NCBI GenBank assembly: GCA_963665775.2
Contig: CAXXTF010000002.1
Coordinates: 32,001-96,000, forward strand
Source: Dehalococcoidia bacterium
GTDB lineage: Bacteria > Chloroflexota > Dehalococcoidia > SM23-28-2 > RBG-16-64-32
Length of the DNA stretch: 64,000 nucleotides
Reading direction: 5' to 3'
Positions within the stretch are counted from its first letter, which is position 1; the number at the start of each line of letters is the position of its first letter. Both the position numbers and the translations under genes were made by a program. The notes beneath the pieces are model-generated. The model ran no database searches. It saw only the letters and a list, made by a program, of their open reading frames with translations, and was not told where the DNA came from. This document shows positions 49,496 to 59,162 of the stretch, in pieces.

Positions 49496-50134
49496 GTGCG
49501 GTACTATCCGGTCTTTCTGGACATCGCTGGTAAGCCGGTAGTGGTCATCGGCGGTGGCGAGGTAGCTCTGCGCAAGGTGGAGGGGCTGCTAGCTGCCGGC
49601 GCTCAAGTCACCGTCGTGAGCCCGGAGCTTTACCCTGAGCTGCGCGGCCTTGTCGAGGAAGACCGCCTGCGGTACGAGCGGCGGGAATACCGCTGGGGAG
49701 ACTTGGAAGGGTACGCCCTGGCCTTCGTGGCCAGCGACGACCGCTCGGCGAACGCCGCGGTCGCTAGTGAAGGCCGAGAGCGCGGCGTCTGGGTCAACGC
49801 CGTGGACGACCCGGAGCGCTGCGATTTCATCATGCCGAGCATCGTGCAACGGGGCGATTTCGTCGTCGCCATCTCCACCAGCGGCGGCAGCCCGGCCATG
49901 GCCCGCAAGCTGCGAGAGGAGATGGAGCGGTTCCTGACGGATGACTACGTCCTCTTGCTGGATCTGGCCACAGAGGTACGGCGCGACCTGCGCGAGAAGG
50001 GGATTCTGGTGGATCCCGAGGTCTGGAACATCGCTCTCGATGGGGAGTTGCGGGGCCTCTTAGCAGAGGGACGCCAGGTCGAGGCGAAGGATCGCCTGGT
50101 TCAGTCTCTGTTGCAGCCAGCAAGGGAAGGATGA
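49496..50134 (+). CDS. sirC: Precorrin-2 dehydrogenase/sirohydrochlorin ferrochelatase (SirC/CysG N-terminal)
   Basis: YYPVFL, VVIGGGEVALRK, VNAVDDP..CDFIMP, ISTSGGSPAMA. Confidence 0.93.
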   Translation: MRYYPVFLDIAGKPVVVIGGGEVALRKVEGLLAAGAQVTVVSPELYPELRGLVEEDRLRYERREYRWGDLEGYALAFVASDDRSANAAVASEGRERGVWVNAVDDPERCDFIMPSIVQRGDFVVAISTSGGSPAMARKLREEMERFLTDDYVLLLDLATEVRRDLREKGILVDPEVWNIALDGELRGLLAEGRQVEAKDRLVQSLLQPAREG

Positions 50135-50204
50135 GGCGCTCCTCGCCGGGGGAGCGATCGGTAGCCCCTCGAAAGCAGGAGCGCTGAGAAAGCCAGCGAG
50201 TGTT

Positions 50205-51149
50205 GTGTCCCAGCGCACTTTCATCATTGGCACTCGGGAGAGCCGCCTGGCTGGGCGCCAGACGGAGATAATCCTGGAATCCCTCCGCTCGGCTCGTCCC
50301 CAGGCGCCCTTCGAAGTCCGCTCGATTCGCACCACCGGCGACGCGTCCCGCGCCTCGCTCAGCGAAATCGGCGGTCGCGGCGTGTTCGTCATCGAGCTGG
50401 AGCGGGCCCTCCTCTCCGGCGAAATAGACTTCGCCGTTCACAGCCTCAAGGACCTGCCCAGCCTGGAGACTCCGGGCCTAACCATAGCGGCCGTGAGCCG
50501 CCGCGAGGAGCCCCGGGACGCCATCGTAGCCCGTGACCGCCTCACCCTGGCCAATCTCCCATCGCGCGCCGTCGTCGGCACCGGCAGCCCCCGTCGGGCC
50601 GCCCAGACCCTGGCCCTGCGGCCCGACCTACGCATCGCCGACATCCGCGGTAACGTGGACACGCGCATTCGGAAGGTAGAGCAAGGGGAGTACGACGCGG
50701 TAGTACTGGCCGCCGCCGGCCTGGCCCGCTTGGGCTGCCTGGAGCGGGCCACGGAAATCCTGCCGGTCGAGGTGATGCTCCCCGCCGTGGGGCAGGGCGC
50801 CCTGGCCGTCCAGGTCCGGATCGACGACGCGGAGGCGGCGGCACTCGTCCGGACGGCCGACGATCCCTCTACCCACGTAGCCACCGATGCCGAGCGAGCC
50901 TTCGAGCGCGCCCTCGGCGCCTGCCTGCCGGACGGCAGGGCGGGCTGCCAGGCCGCCATCGCCGCCCTGGGCGAGGTAGGGGGAGGCCGACTGCATCTGC
51001 GCGGCCTCGTCGCCGACCCGACGGGCGGCCGCCTCCTCCGGAGCGAGGTCGAGGGTCCTGTCGCCGACGCGGATGAGCTCGGCAGTCGGCTGGCCGGGCA
51101 GCTCATCGATCAGGGAGCGGCGGCCCTGTTGCTGGAGGCGGCGTCATGA
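50205..51149 (+). CDS. hemC: Hydroxymethylbilane synthase
   Basis: IGTRESRLA, AVHSLKDLP, GTGSPRR, IRGNVDTR, PAVGQGAL. Confidence 0.96.
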   Translation: MSQRTFIIGTRESRLAGRQTEIILESLRSARPQAPFEVRSIRTTGDASRASLSEIGGRGVFVIELERALLSGEIDFAVHSLKDLPSLETPGLTIAAVSRREEPRDAIVARDRLTLANLPSRAVVGTGSPRRAAQTLALRPDLRIADIRGNVDTRIRKVEQGEYDAVVLAAAGLARLGCLERATEILPVEVMLPAVGQGALAVQVRIDDAEAAALVRTADDPSTHVATDAERAFERALGACLPDGRAGCQAAIAALGEVGGGRLHLRGLVADPTGGRLLRSEVEGPVADADELGSRLAGQLIDQGAAALLLEAAS

Positions 51150-52675
51150 GCGGCCCGGCCAGGGTATACCTCGTCGGAGCTGGGCCCGGCGACCCCGGAC
51201 TTATCACAGTGGCCGGCCTGGAGCGCCTGCGCGAGGCCGAGGTCATCGTCTACGACCGCCTGGTCAGCCCCCGGCTCCTGGAGCACGCCAAGGCTGGCGC
51301 CGAACTCATCTTCGTCGGTAAGGAGGGCGGCGGCCCCCAATGGAGCCAGGACGATATCAACAACCTTCTCGTCGAGAGGGGTAGCCAGGGCAAGACAGTC
51401 GTGCGGCTCAAGGGCGGCGACCCGTTCGTGTTCGGCCGCGGCGGCGAGGAGGCCAGGGCCCTGTGGGCCGCCGACGTCGCCTTCGAGGTCGTCCCCGGCG
51501 TCACTTCGGCTGTCGCCGTACCCGCCTACGCTGGCATACCCGTGACCCATCGCGGCGCCGCCTCCTCCTTCGCCATCGTTACCGGCCACGAGGACCCGGA
51601 GAAGGAGGAGTCCGCCCTCCACTGGGACCGGTTGGCCACCGCCGTGGATACCCTGGTCGTGCTCATGGGGACGAAGACGCTGCCCGAGATCGTTGAGCGA
51701 CTCACGGCCCATGGCCGGCCTGCCGATACCCCCACGGCCGTCATCCAGTGGGGGACGACCCCCAACCAGCGTACCGTGACCGGCACCCTGGCCGACATCG
51801 TAACGCTGACAGAGGAGGCCGACCTCACATCGCCCGCCGTCGCCGTCGTGGGAGAGGTGGTGCGGCTGCGAGAGAGCCTGTCCTGGTTCGAGGACAGGAA
51901 GCTGCTGGGCAAGCGGGTCCTCGTCACGCGCACCAGCGAGCAGGCCAACACTCTGACCGATCTCCTGACTCGGAAAGGGGCGATCCCGATTGAGCTTCCG
52001 ACTATAGAGATCGAGGAGGTGACCGGTGAAGCGCCTCAGGCCGCCCTGGACGGCCTCCTGGCCGGTGGCTATGCCTGGGTGGTCTTCACCAGCGCCAATG
52101 CGGTCGAGATCTTCTTCCGGTTGCTGAGCGAAAGGGGGCTGGACGCCCGCGCCTTCGCCGGCGCCAAGGTAGCCGTAATCGGCACGGGGACGGGGCAGGC
52201 CCTGGCCCAGCACGGCATCACCGCCGACGCCATCCCCGCCGAGTTCATCGCCGAGGGGGTCGTGGAGGCCCTGCGTCCCCTCCTGCAGGCCGGCGACCGC
52301 GTCCTCCTGCCACGGGCTGAGGGCGCTCGCGCGGAGCTCGTCGACGGGCTGAGCGCTCTCGGCGCCGAGGTCGACGAGGCGATCCTGTACCGGGCCACCG
52401 TGCCCAGCCAGGCGCCGGATGAGGCGCTGTCGCTCCTGCGAGAGGGCCGCATCGATGTCGTCACCTTCCTCAGCTCATCCGCGGTGCGCAACCTGGTGAC
52501 CCTGCTGGAAGGCGACCTAGAATGTCTGCGGACGCCGCCGCTGGCCTGCATCGGCGAGATAACCGCCGGGACGGTCCAGGAGGTGCTGGGACGGCCGGCC
52601 GACATCATTGCGGCGGAGCACACCGTGTGGGGCCTGGCGCAGGCGCTGGAGGAGCGATTCGCCAGCATCGGATAA
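51146..52675 (+). CDS. cobA: Uroporphyrinogen-III C-methyltransferase / synthase fusion (CobA-HemD)
   Basis: LVGAGPGDPGL, RLKGGDPFVFGRGGEE; then VLVTR, FTSANAV, FLSSSAV. Confidence 0.95.
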   Translation: MSGPARVYLVGAGPGDPGLITVAGLERLREAEVIVYDRLVSPRLLEHAKAGAELIFVGKEGGGPQWSQDDINNLLVERGSQGKTVVRLKGGDPFVFGRGGEEARALWAADVAFEVVPGVTSAVAVPAYAGIPVTHRGAASSFAIVTGHEDPEKEESALHWDRLATAVDTLVVLMGTKTLPEIVERLTAHGRPADTPTAVIQWGTTPNQRTVTGTLADIVTLTEEADLTSPAVAVVGEVVRLRESLSWFEDRKLLGKRVLVTRTSEQANTLTDLLTRKGAIPIELPTIEIEEVTGEAPQAALDGLLAGGYAWVVFTSANAVEIFFRLLSERGLDARAFAGAKVAVIGTGTGQALAQHGITADAIPAEFIAEGVVEALRPLLQAGDRVLLPRAEGARAELVDGLSALGAEVDEAILYRATVPSQAPDEALSLLREGRIDVVTFLSSSAVRNLVTLLEGDLECLRTPPLACIGEITAGTVQEVLGRPADIIAAEHTVWGLAQALEERFASIG

Positions 52676-52736
52676 GGAGTGGGAGATGGACGTGCGAGAG
52701 TTCGTAGCACAGTCAATATAGGTTGGTGTTCTCCCC

Positions 52737-53735
52737 ATGACTACCACCCGCACGCTCCCCCAGGCCTTCCGGCGGCTGCGTCGCTCGGAGGGGCTGCGTG
52801 CCCTGGTGCGAGAGACCCGCCTCTCGCCCGCAGACTTCGTCTATCCCCTGTTCGTCGCCCACGGGCAGGGTTTGCGGCGGGAGATCGAGTCGATGCCAGG
52901 CCAGTACCAGCTCTCCGTCGATCAGCTCGCGGCGGAGGCGGAGGAGCTGCGGTCGCTGGGCATCCCCGCCATGCTGCTGTTCGGCCTGCCCGCCGCCAAG
53001 GATGAGGCCGGCTCCGAGGCCTACGACCCCGACGGCATAGTCCAGCGGGCGGTCCGCGCCCTCAAGCGGGCCGCGCCCGATCTGGTCGTCATCACCGACG
53101 TCTGCCTCTGCGAGTACACCTCGCACGGACACTGCGGTGTCGTGGTCGATGGCCCGGACGGGCAGGCCGAGGTGGACAACGACCGCACCCTCCCCCTCCT
53201 GGCCCGCATCGTCCTCTCCCACGCCGAGGCCGGCGCCGACATCGTCGCCCCCTCGGACATGATGGATGGCCGCGTGGCCGCCATCCGCACGGCCTTGGAC
53301 GAGGCGGACTTCGGCCACACGCCTATCATGGCCTACGCCGCCAAGCAGGCCTCCGCCTTCTATGGCCCCTTCCGCGTCGCCGCCGAGTCCGCCCCCCAGT
53401 TCGGCGACCGCCGCGGCTACCAGATGGACGCCGCCAACGCCCGCGAGGCGATGCGGGAGATCGAGGCCGATATCGAGGAGGGGGCCGACATCGTAATGGT
53501 CAAGCCGGCGCTCCCCAACCTGGACATCATCGCCCGCGCCCGCCAGCGCTTCGAGTTGCCCCTGGCCGCCTACAACGTCAGCGGCGAGTATGCCATGGTC
53601 AAGGCCGCCGCCCTCGCCGGGCACCTGGACGAGCGATCGGCAGCGCTGGAGGTGCTCACCGCCATCAAGCGGGCCGGCGCCGACATTGTCATCACCTACC
53701 ACGCCAAGGACGCGGCGAGATGGCTGCGAGAATAG
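52737..53735 (+). CDS. hemB: Porphobilinogen synthase
   Basis: [41 protein letters not shown]. Confidence 0.98.
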   Translation: MTTTRTLPQAFRRLRRSEGLRALVRETRLSPADFVYPLFVAHGQGLRREIESMPGQYQLSVDQLAAEAEELRSLGIPAMLLFGLPAAKDEAGSEAYDPDGIVQRAVRALKRAAPDLVVITDVCLCEYTSHGHCGVVVDGPDGQAEVDNDRTLPLLARIVLSHAEAGADIVAPSDMMDGRVAAIRTALDEADFGHTPIMAYAAKQASAFYGPFRVAAESAPQFGDRRGYQMDAANAREAMREIEADIEEGADIVMVKPALPNLDIIARARQRFELPLAAYNVSGEYAMVKAAALAGHLDERSAALEVLTAIKRAGADIVITYHAKDAARWLRE

Positions 53736-53746
53736 CCACCGAAATA

Positions 53747-54214
53747 TGGCCGCAGATGGACACAGATAGAGCACAGATCAGCCGCCCTGCCCCACGAAAG
53801 GATGGCGCGTATCCCCACAAGGAGCTAACCGAGAAGATAATCGGGGCGTCGTTTGAAGTGCACCAAGAGCTGGGGCCTGGCTTCCTCGAGAGGGCCTACG
53901 AGGCAGCCCTTCTCCAGGAGCTAGAAAACCTGGATGTTCCCGTCTCCTCCCAAGCGGAAATCGCCGTCCACTACAAGGGGCGGCCGGTCGGCGTCTACTA
54001 CGCGGATCTGCTAGTTGACGGTAGTGTCATCTGTGAGATCAAGGCAGTTGAGCGGTTATCATCGGCGCACCAGGCTCAACTGCTCCATTACTTGAAGGCA
54101 ACCGGTATTGAAGTCGGTCTCTTGTTGAACTTCGGTTCCAAGCGAGTACAGGTAAAGCGGATGATCCTTTCAAAATGAAAAAATCTGCGACAAATCTGCG
54201 TCCATCTGTGGCTA
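53747..54214. repeat. Inverted CAGAT/ATCTG repeat arrays bounding the GxxExxY gene
   Basis: TGGCCGCAGATGGACACAGAT (53747-53767) pairs with ATCTGCGTCCATCTGTGGCTA (54194-54214); extra units at 53771-53778 and 54183-54189. Confidence 0.8.
53756..54178 (+). CDS. GxxExxY protein (PD-(D/E)XK nuclease-like)
   Basis: VHQELGPGFLERAY, YADLLV, EIKAV, AQLLHYLKATG...GLLLNFG. Confidence 0.95.
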   Translation: MDTDRAQISRPAPRKDGAYPHKELTEKIIGASFEVHQELGPGFLERAYEAALLQELENLDVPVSSQAEIAVHYKGRPVGVYYADLLVDGSVICEIKAVERLSSAHQAQLLHYLKATGIEVGLLLNFGSKRVQVKRMILSK

Positions 54215-54900
54215 GCGTCGAGGCCGTCGCCTTCGACGGCTACGGCACGTTGTTCGACTTCACGGAGCTGAACTTCATCGTCACCTTCGCCGAGATCTGC
54301 GACCACCAGGGGCTACAGGCGGACGCCGCCGAGGTCTGGCGCCGCTTCCTTCGCGCCGCCTACCTGCTGCGCGCGGAGAATCACCACCGGCCCATCTTCA
54401 AATACTATGGGCAAGCCTGGACCGACCAGTTCCAGCGCGTCTTCCGCCAACTTCGTCTGGCCGGCGACCCCTCGGCCGCCGCTCTCTACCTCAAAGAAAA
54501 GGTGGCGGCGGCCCCCGCTTTCGAGGAGGCCTATCCCGTCATCGACGCCCTCCGCCCCCACTATCGCCTGGCCGTCCTCTCGAACTCCGACAACGATTTC
54601 CTGATGGCCTGCCTGGAGCGGAACGGCCTCCGGTTCGACACTGTCGTCACGTCCGAACAAGCTCATGCTATCAAGCCAGACCCGGCCATCTTTCTGGAGT
54701 TGGCCCATCGCCTCGATCTGCCCCCAGAGCGCATCCTTTACGCCGGAGACAACCCCGTGGCGGATGTCCTGGGCGCCCGTCGGGCAGGCCTGAAGGTGGC
54801 CTGGATCAACCGCTCCGGCCGGCGCCGGCCACGCCGCGTGCCGCCGCCCGATCTACGCCTCCGTTCCCTCAGGGAGCTCCTCCCTTTCCTGGAAAAGTGA
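54175..54900 (+). CDS. HAD-superfamily hydrolase (haloacid dehalogenase-like)
   Basis: [34 protein letters not shown]; alternative GTG start at 54208. Confidence 0.9.
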   Translation: MKKSATNLRPSVASVEAVAFDGYGTLFDFTELNFIVTFAEICDHQGLQADAAEVWRRFLRAAYLLRAENHHRPIFKYYGQAWTDQFQRVFRQLRLAGDPSAAALYLKEKVAAAPAFEEAYPVIDALRPHYRLAVLSNSDNDFLMACLERNGLRFDTVVTSEQAHAIKPDPAIFLELAHRLDLPPERILYAGDNPVADVLGARRAGLKVAWINRSGRRRPRRVPPPDLRLRSLRELLPFLEK

Positions 54901-54901
54901 T

Positions 54902-56203
54902 ATGACTGAGCCCAACCGCCAACGCCCTCGCTCCCGGCAGCTCTTCGCCCAGGCCCAGCAGCTCATGCCGGGCGGCGTCTCCAGCCCCGTTCGTGCCTTC
55001 CGGGCCGTGGGAGGCGATCCGCCCGTTATCGCCTACGCCAAAGGCCCCCGCATCTTCGATGTCGACGGTAACGGCTACATCGACTACGTATGCGGCTACG
55101 GTCCCCTCATCCTGGGTCACGCCCATCCGGAGGTGGCCGCCGCCATCGCGGAGGCCGCCGCCCGCGGCACGGCCTTTGGCGCCACGACGGAGCTGGAGGT
55201 GGATCTGGCCCGCCTCATCAGCGAGGCCATACCCTCCATCGAGATGGTGCGCTTCGTTAACTCCGGCACGGAGGCCACCATGTCCGCCCTGCGACTGGCC
55301 CGCGCTTTCACGGGCCGGAGCAAGGTGGTGAAGTTCGAGGGCTGCTACCACGGCCACGCCGACGGTCTCCTGGTCCAGGCCGGCTCCGGCGTCGCTACGC
55401 TGGGTCTGCCCGATAGCCCGGGCGTGCCTGCCAGCTACGCCGCGGAGACGTTGGTCGTCCCCTACAACGACCTGAAGGCGATCCGTCTCCTGTTCGAGGC
55501 GCACCAGGGCCAGATCGCCGCCGTCATAGTAGAGCCGGTAGCCGGTAACATGGGCGTCGTGCCGCCCAGCGCCGGTTTCCCGCAACTCCTACGCGACCTG
55601 ACCTTGCGGCACGGTGCCCTCCTCATCTTCGACGAGGTGATCACCGGCTTCCGCCTCCATTACGGAGCGGCCCAGGCCATCCTGGACGTGGAGCCAGACC
55701 TCACCTGCCTGGGCAAGACCATCGGCGGCGGCCTGCCTGTAGGCGCCTACGGCGGCCGGCGGGAGATCATGGAGCAGGTGGCGCCCCTGGGCCCGGTCTA
55801 CCAGGCAGGCACGCTCTCCGGAAACCCCCTGGCTATGACGGCCGGCATCACCACCCTGCGTCTGCTTCAAGATAAGGACGTTTACCGGCGTCTGGAGGAG
55901 AGCGCCGTCCGGCTGGAGGATGGGCTGCGTCGCGTCGCTGGGGAAGCAAAGGTCGCCGCCCACCTCAACCGGGTCGGCTCGCTGCTCACCCTCTTCTTCA
56001 GCGACGAACCCGTGACCGACTACGCCAGCGCCAAGCGGTCCGACACCAAGCGCTATGCCGCCTTCTTTCGCCAGATGCTGGAGCGCGGCGTCTTCCTGCC
56101 GCCCTCCCAGTTCGAGGCCCTGTTCGTCTCTCTCGCCCACGGCGCGGAGGAGATCGAGGCCACCGTCGCCGCTGCCAGTGACGGCCTGAACGCCATCCGC
56201 TGA
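54902..56203 (+). CDS. hemL: Glutamate-1-semialdehyde 2,1-aminomutase
   Basis: [61 protein letters not shown]. Confidence 0.98.
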   Translation: MTEPNRQRPRSRQLFAQAQQLMPGGVSSPVRAFRAVGGDPPVIAYAKGPRIFDVDGNGYIDYVCGYGPLILGHAHPEVAAAIAEAAARGTAFGATTELEVDLARLISEAIPSIEMVRFVNSGTEATMSALRLARAFTGRSKVVKFEGCYHGHADGLLVQAGSGVATLGLPDSPGVPASYAAETLVVPYNDLKAIRLLFEAHQGQIAAVIVEPVAGNMGVVPPSAGFPQLLRDLTLRHGALLIFDEVITGFRLHYGAAQAILDVEPDLTCLGKTIGGGLPVGAYGGRREIMEQVAPLGPVYQAGTLSGNPLAMTAGITTLRLLQDKDVYRRLEESAVRLEDGLRRVAGEAKVAAHLNRVGSLLTLFFSDEPVTDYASAKRSDTKRYAAFFRQMLERGVFLPPSQFEALFVSLAHGAEEIEATVAAASDGLNAIR

Positions 56204-56299
56204 CAGGCGCGGGGAGGATATTGTCAGCCCCGAACACGGGGAGTATACTACTCTCCGGCCCCACCTAATATTGTATACGCGATTAAGTAGGTGAACGCT

Positions 56300-57430
56300 A
56301 TGAAGATATCCTGTCTCAAGGAAAACCTCGCCAAGGGACTCTCCATCGTCGGGCGGGCGGTGGCCGTCCGGAGCACGCTCCCCCAGGCCTCGCACGTCCT
56401 CCTGGCCAGCGATCAGGGGCGCCTCAAGCTGGTCGCCACCAACCTGGAGATCGCTACTACCTGCTGGATCGGCGCTCAGGTGGAAGAGGAGGGAGCGATT
56501 ACCGTCCCGGCCCGGCTCCTGACCGACCTTGTAGCGTCCCTCCCCGACGATCGCATAGATATGGATGTGGCAGGGCGCCCTCGTCAGCTCCACATCACCT
56601 GCGCCCGCAATGAGGCCACCATCGCTGGCATGGACGCCGAGGACTTCCCCCCGGTGCCTTCCGTGGAAGACGGCCCTTCCCTGAAGCTCGACCCGAAGGC
56701 GTTACAGCGGGCTATCGCCCAGGTGGAGTTCGCCGCCGCCGCCGCTGACACCCGCCCCGTCCTCACCGGCATCCACATCCTGGCGGAGGACGGCCAGCTC
56801 ACCCTGGCCGCCGCCGACGGCTTCCGACTCGCCGTCCACAAGCTGCCCCTGGAGCAGGATGCGCCGGAGCGGGTTGAGGTGATTATCCCGGCCCGGGCCC
56901 TGAGGGAACTGGAGCGCCTCATCGCCGACGAGGAGTCCCTGGAGGCAGCGTTCAACGCCACTCGCTCCCAGGTCATCTTCCGGCTGAAGACGGTGGAGAT
57001 AGTGGCCACTCTAGTCCAGGGCACCTTTCCCAACTACAGTCAGCTCATACCCCAGTCCTGGGCCTCGCGGGCGGTCATCGACATGCGCCAGTTCCTGCAA
57101 GAAACCCGCATCGCCGCTATCTTCGCCCGAGACGGTGCCGGCATCGTCCGGCTGCAGGTGGAACCCGGGCAAGAGGCGGCACCCGGCAAGATGATCATCT
57201 CCGCTCGCGCCGAGGAGATCGGCGAACACCACGGCGAGATCGACGTGGCGGTGGAGGGTGAGCCGTCCAAGGTCGCCTTTAACAGCAAGTACCTACAGGA
57301 CGTGCTCCAGGTACTGGACTGCAGCCAGGTAGCGCTGGAGACCTCCAACCCGTCCAGCCCCGGCGTCATCCACCCGATCGGCTCCGATGACTACGTGCAC
57401 GTGGTCATGCCGATGTTTGTTCAATGGTGA
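56300..57430 (+). CDS. dnaN: DNA polymerase III beta sliding clamp
   Basis: ATNLEI, TRPVLTG, AADGFRLA, GTFPNY, AFNSKYL, VVMPMFVQW. Confidence 0.97.
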   Translation: MKISCLKENLAKGLSIVGRAVAVRSTLPQASHVLLASDQGRLKLVATNLEIATTCWIGAQVEEEGAITVPARLLTDLVASLPDDRIDMDVAGRPRQLHITCARNEATIAGMDAEDFPPVPSVEDGPSLKLDPKALQRAIAQVEFAAAAADTRPVLTGIHILAEDGQLTLAAADGFRLAVHKLPLEQDAPERVEVIIPARALRELERLIADEESLEAAFNATRSQVIFRLKTVEIVATLVQGTFPNYSQLIPQSWASRAVIDMRQFLQETRIAAIFARDGAGIVRLQVEPGQEAAPGKMIISARAEEIGEHHGEIDVAVEGEPSKVAFNSKYLQDVLQVLDCSQVALETSNPSSPGVIHPIGSDDYVHVVMPMFVQW

Positions 57431-58958
57431 CTAAATCCTGAGGCTGAGTAGTCATCATCAGCGGAACAACACCCCGAATCCGTGCTTCGGTGTTCGACGC
57501 CGCAATCTGGGCGTCCGTAGCCCGCAGCAGTAGGTCGAGCTTGTCGACATCGGCTGATTCGAGCCAGGAACGTAGCCGCCTGCTGTACTCGGGAGCGCAG
57601 ACTCGCAGACCATCGAGGTCGATTCTTGACCTGGCTTGGGGCTCCAACCTTTGACGCTCTGCTTCAAGGGTTGTTCTCTGGACGCTTAGCTCGCGCCGCT
57701 GCTCCTCCAGAAGGTCGCCCGGCAAGCCGCCATCGGTGAAGAGCCGAACTAGTCGCCGCTGACGCGCTTCGACTTCCCGAAGTGCGTCGTTGACTCGCTC
57801 TAGTTGGCTTGTTTCAACATCATCGCCCGTTAGCCGGATGACTTCCGAGATGATGCGGTCCGGATCAGCAAGTAGGTCCGCAATGGCACGCATGACGGCG
57901 CCTTCGAGGGTTGCAGTCGCCACGTACTTCGAGTCGCATCGCTTGTCCCACTGACTCCCGTAGCTATGCCGGCATCGGTAGTAGGAGTAACGGCCCTTCA
58001 TCAGGACTTGCCCGACCATAGGCGCTCCGCAAGCGAGACAGCGAAGGCGGCCACGGAGCGGATAGGCTCGCGAAGGCTTCGACCGGCTATGGCGGTATGG
58101 GTCTTCCAGAATGGTCTTCGCCCGTAGGTAGAGCTCAGGACTGACGATTGCAGGTGTAGCGCCCGCAATCTCAATCCATTCGTTCTGCTCGCGCTCTGAA
58201 ACACGCACCTTCCACCGGCCAGAGCGGCCATCGCGATACTTCTCTGACTTCGTCCGACGGTAGATAGACCGGCCAGTGTAGGTCTCGTTGAGAAGCATGC
58301 GGCGAATGGTCAGCGGATACCACGGGCCGCCGGCAAACGCAGGAACACCTCTTGCGTTGAGGCTAGCGGCTATACCGTGGCAGCTTCCGCCTTCTGCGAA
58401 CTTCTCGAAGGCTTCTCGTACAATGTCGGCCTCTCTCGGCTCGACGCGCCGAGTGCCACTCGCCTGGTCATACCTGTAGCCATAGATGCCTCGACCTGTC
58501 GCCTGGGGGAGCTTCCCGCTGCGGGCTCGCTGCGCCTTACCGCGCTGAGTTCGCTCGACGATTTTCTCGCGCTCGACTTCGGCTACGAAGGCTCGTGCGG
58601 CGAGTATGAACCGGCCAACAGCAGTGTCCTCGAACTTCTCTGTCACGAAGTCGAGCTTCACGCCGGTCTGATTTGCCTCATCGAACAGAACGCCGATTTG
58701 GTTCTGGTTGCGGGAGAGCCGATCAATCGCGAACGCAAGGATAACGTCTGCATCGGCGTCTCGAAGGAGCTTCCGAACCTGCTCCATACCCGGACGATCG
58801 AGCGTGAAGCCGCTCGCTGCATCGCGTACGGTGCCAACAATTGCCCAGCCCTGAGCCTCTGCGTACTCAGCGCAGGCCCTCTCCTGGGTCTCTAAGGAAG
58901 TGCCATCACGCTCCTGAGCATCGGTCGAAACCCGACAGTAGATCACGCATCTAGTCAT
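57405..58958 (-). CDS. Large serine recombinase (resolvase + recombinase + Zn-ribbon + coiled coil)
   Basis: IYCRVST catalytic Ser, DRLSRN, EREKIVERT.RGK, YGY, CLACG...YYRC...C. Confidence 0.96.
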   Translation of the reverse strand: MTRCVIYCRVSTDAQERDGTSLETQERACAEYAEAQGWAIVGTVRDAASGFTLDRPGMEQVRKLLRDADADVILAFAIDRLSRNQNQIGVLFDEANQTGVKLDFVTEKFEDTAVGRFILAARAFVAEVEREKIVERTQRGKAQRARSGKLPQATGRGIYGYRYDQASGTRRVEPREADIVREAFEKFAEGGSCHGIAASLNARGVPAFAGGPWYPLTIRRMLLNETYTGRSIYRRTKSEKYRDGRSGRWKVRVSEREQNEWIEIAGATPAIVSPELYLRAKTILEDPYRHSRSKPSRAYPLRGRLRCLACGAPMVGQVLMKGRYSYYRCRHSYGSQWDKRCDSKYVATATLEGAVMRAIADLLADPDRIISEVIRLTGDDVETSQLERVNDALREVEARQRRLVRLFTDGGLPGDLLEEQRRELSVQRTTLEAERQRLEPQARSRIDLDGLRVCAPEYSRRLRSWLESADVDKLDLLLRATDAQIAASNTEARIRGVVPLMMTTQPQDLVTIEQTSA

Positions 58959-59128
58959 TTGCTCTTCTCCGGCTTCCGCCCTGGGGGCTGAATCTCGTCA
59001 TCGTTCGTGCCGTACGCCTTATCGATGGCCGCTCGGATGAGCTTGGCGATGGGCACGCGCTGCTCGAACGACAGGCGTCTAAGGGTCTCGTACTCGTCCT
59101 CGCTGATTATGAGCATCATTCTCTGCAT
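58955..59128 (-). CDS. Ribbon-helix-helix (CopG-like) protein
   Basis: MQRMMLIISEDEYETLRRLS...IAKLIRAAID; stop overlaps the recombinase ATG; TATAAT/TAATAAT just upstream of the ATG suggests a leaderless transcript. Confidence 0.8.
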   Translation of the reverse strand: MQRMMLIISEDEYETLRRLSFEQRVPIAKLIRAAIDKAYGTNDDEIQPPGRKPEKSK

Positions 59129-59162
59129 AACACTATTATTATATGGCAATTAGAAGGACCCG

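Noticed and set aside
50134-50205. Absence of hemA and ahbABD from the heme operon
   Set aside because: These genes are often encoded elsewhere; one window cannot show loss.
56204-56299. Replication origin upstream of dnaN
   Set aside because: No dnaA and no DnaA-box cluster; only a short promoter-like AT-rich stretch.
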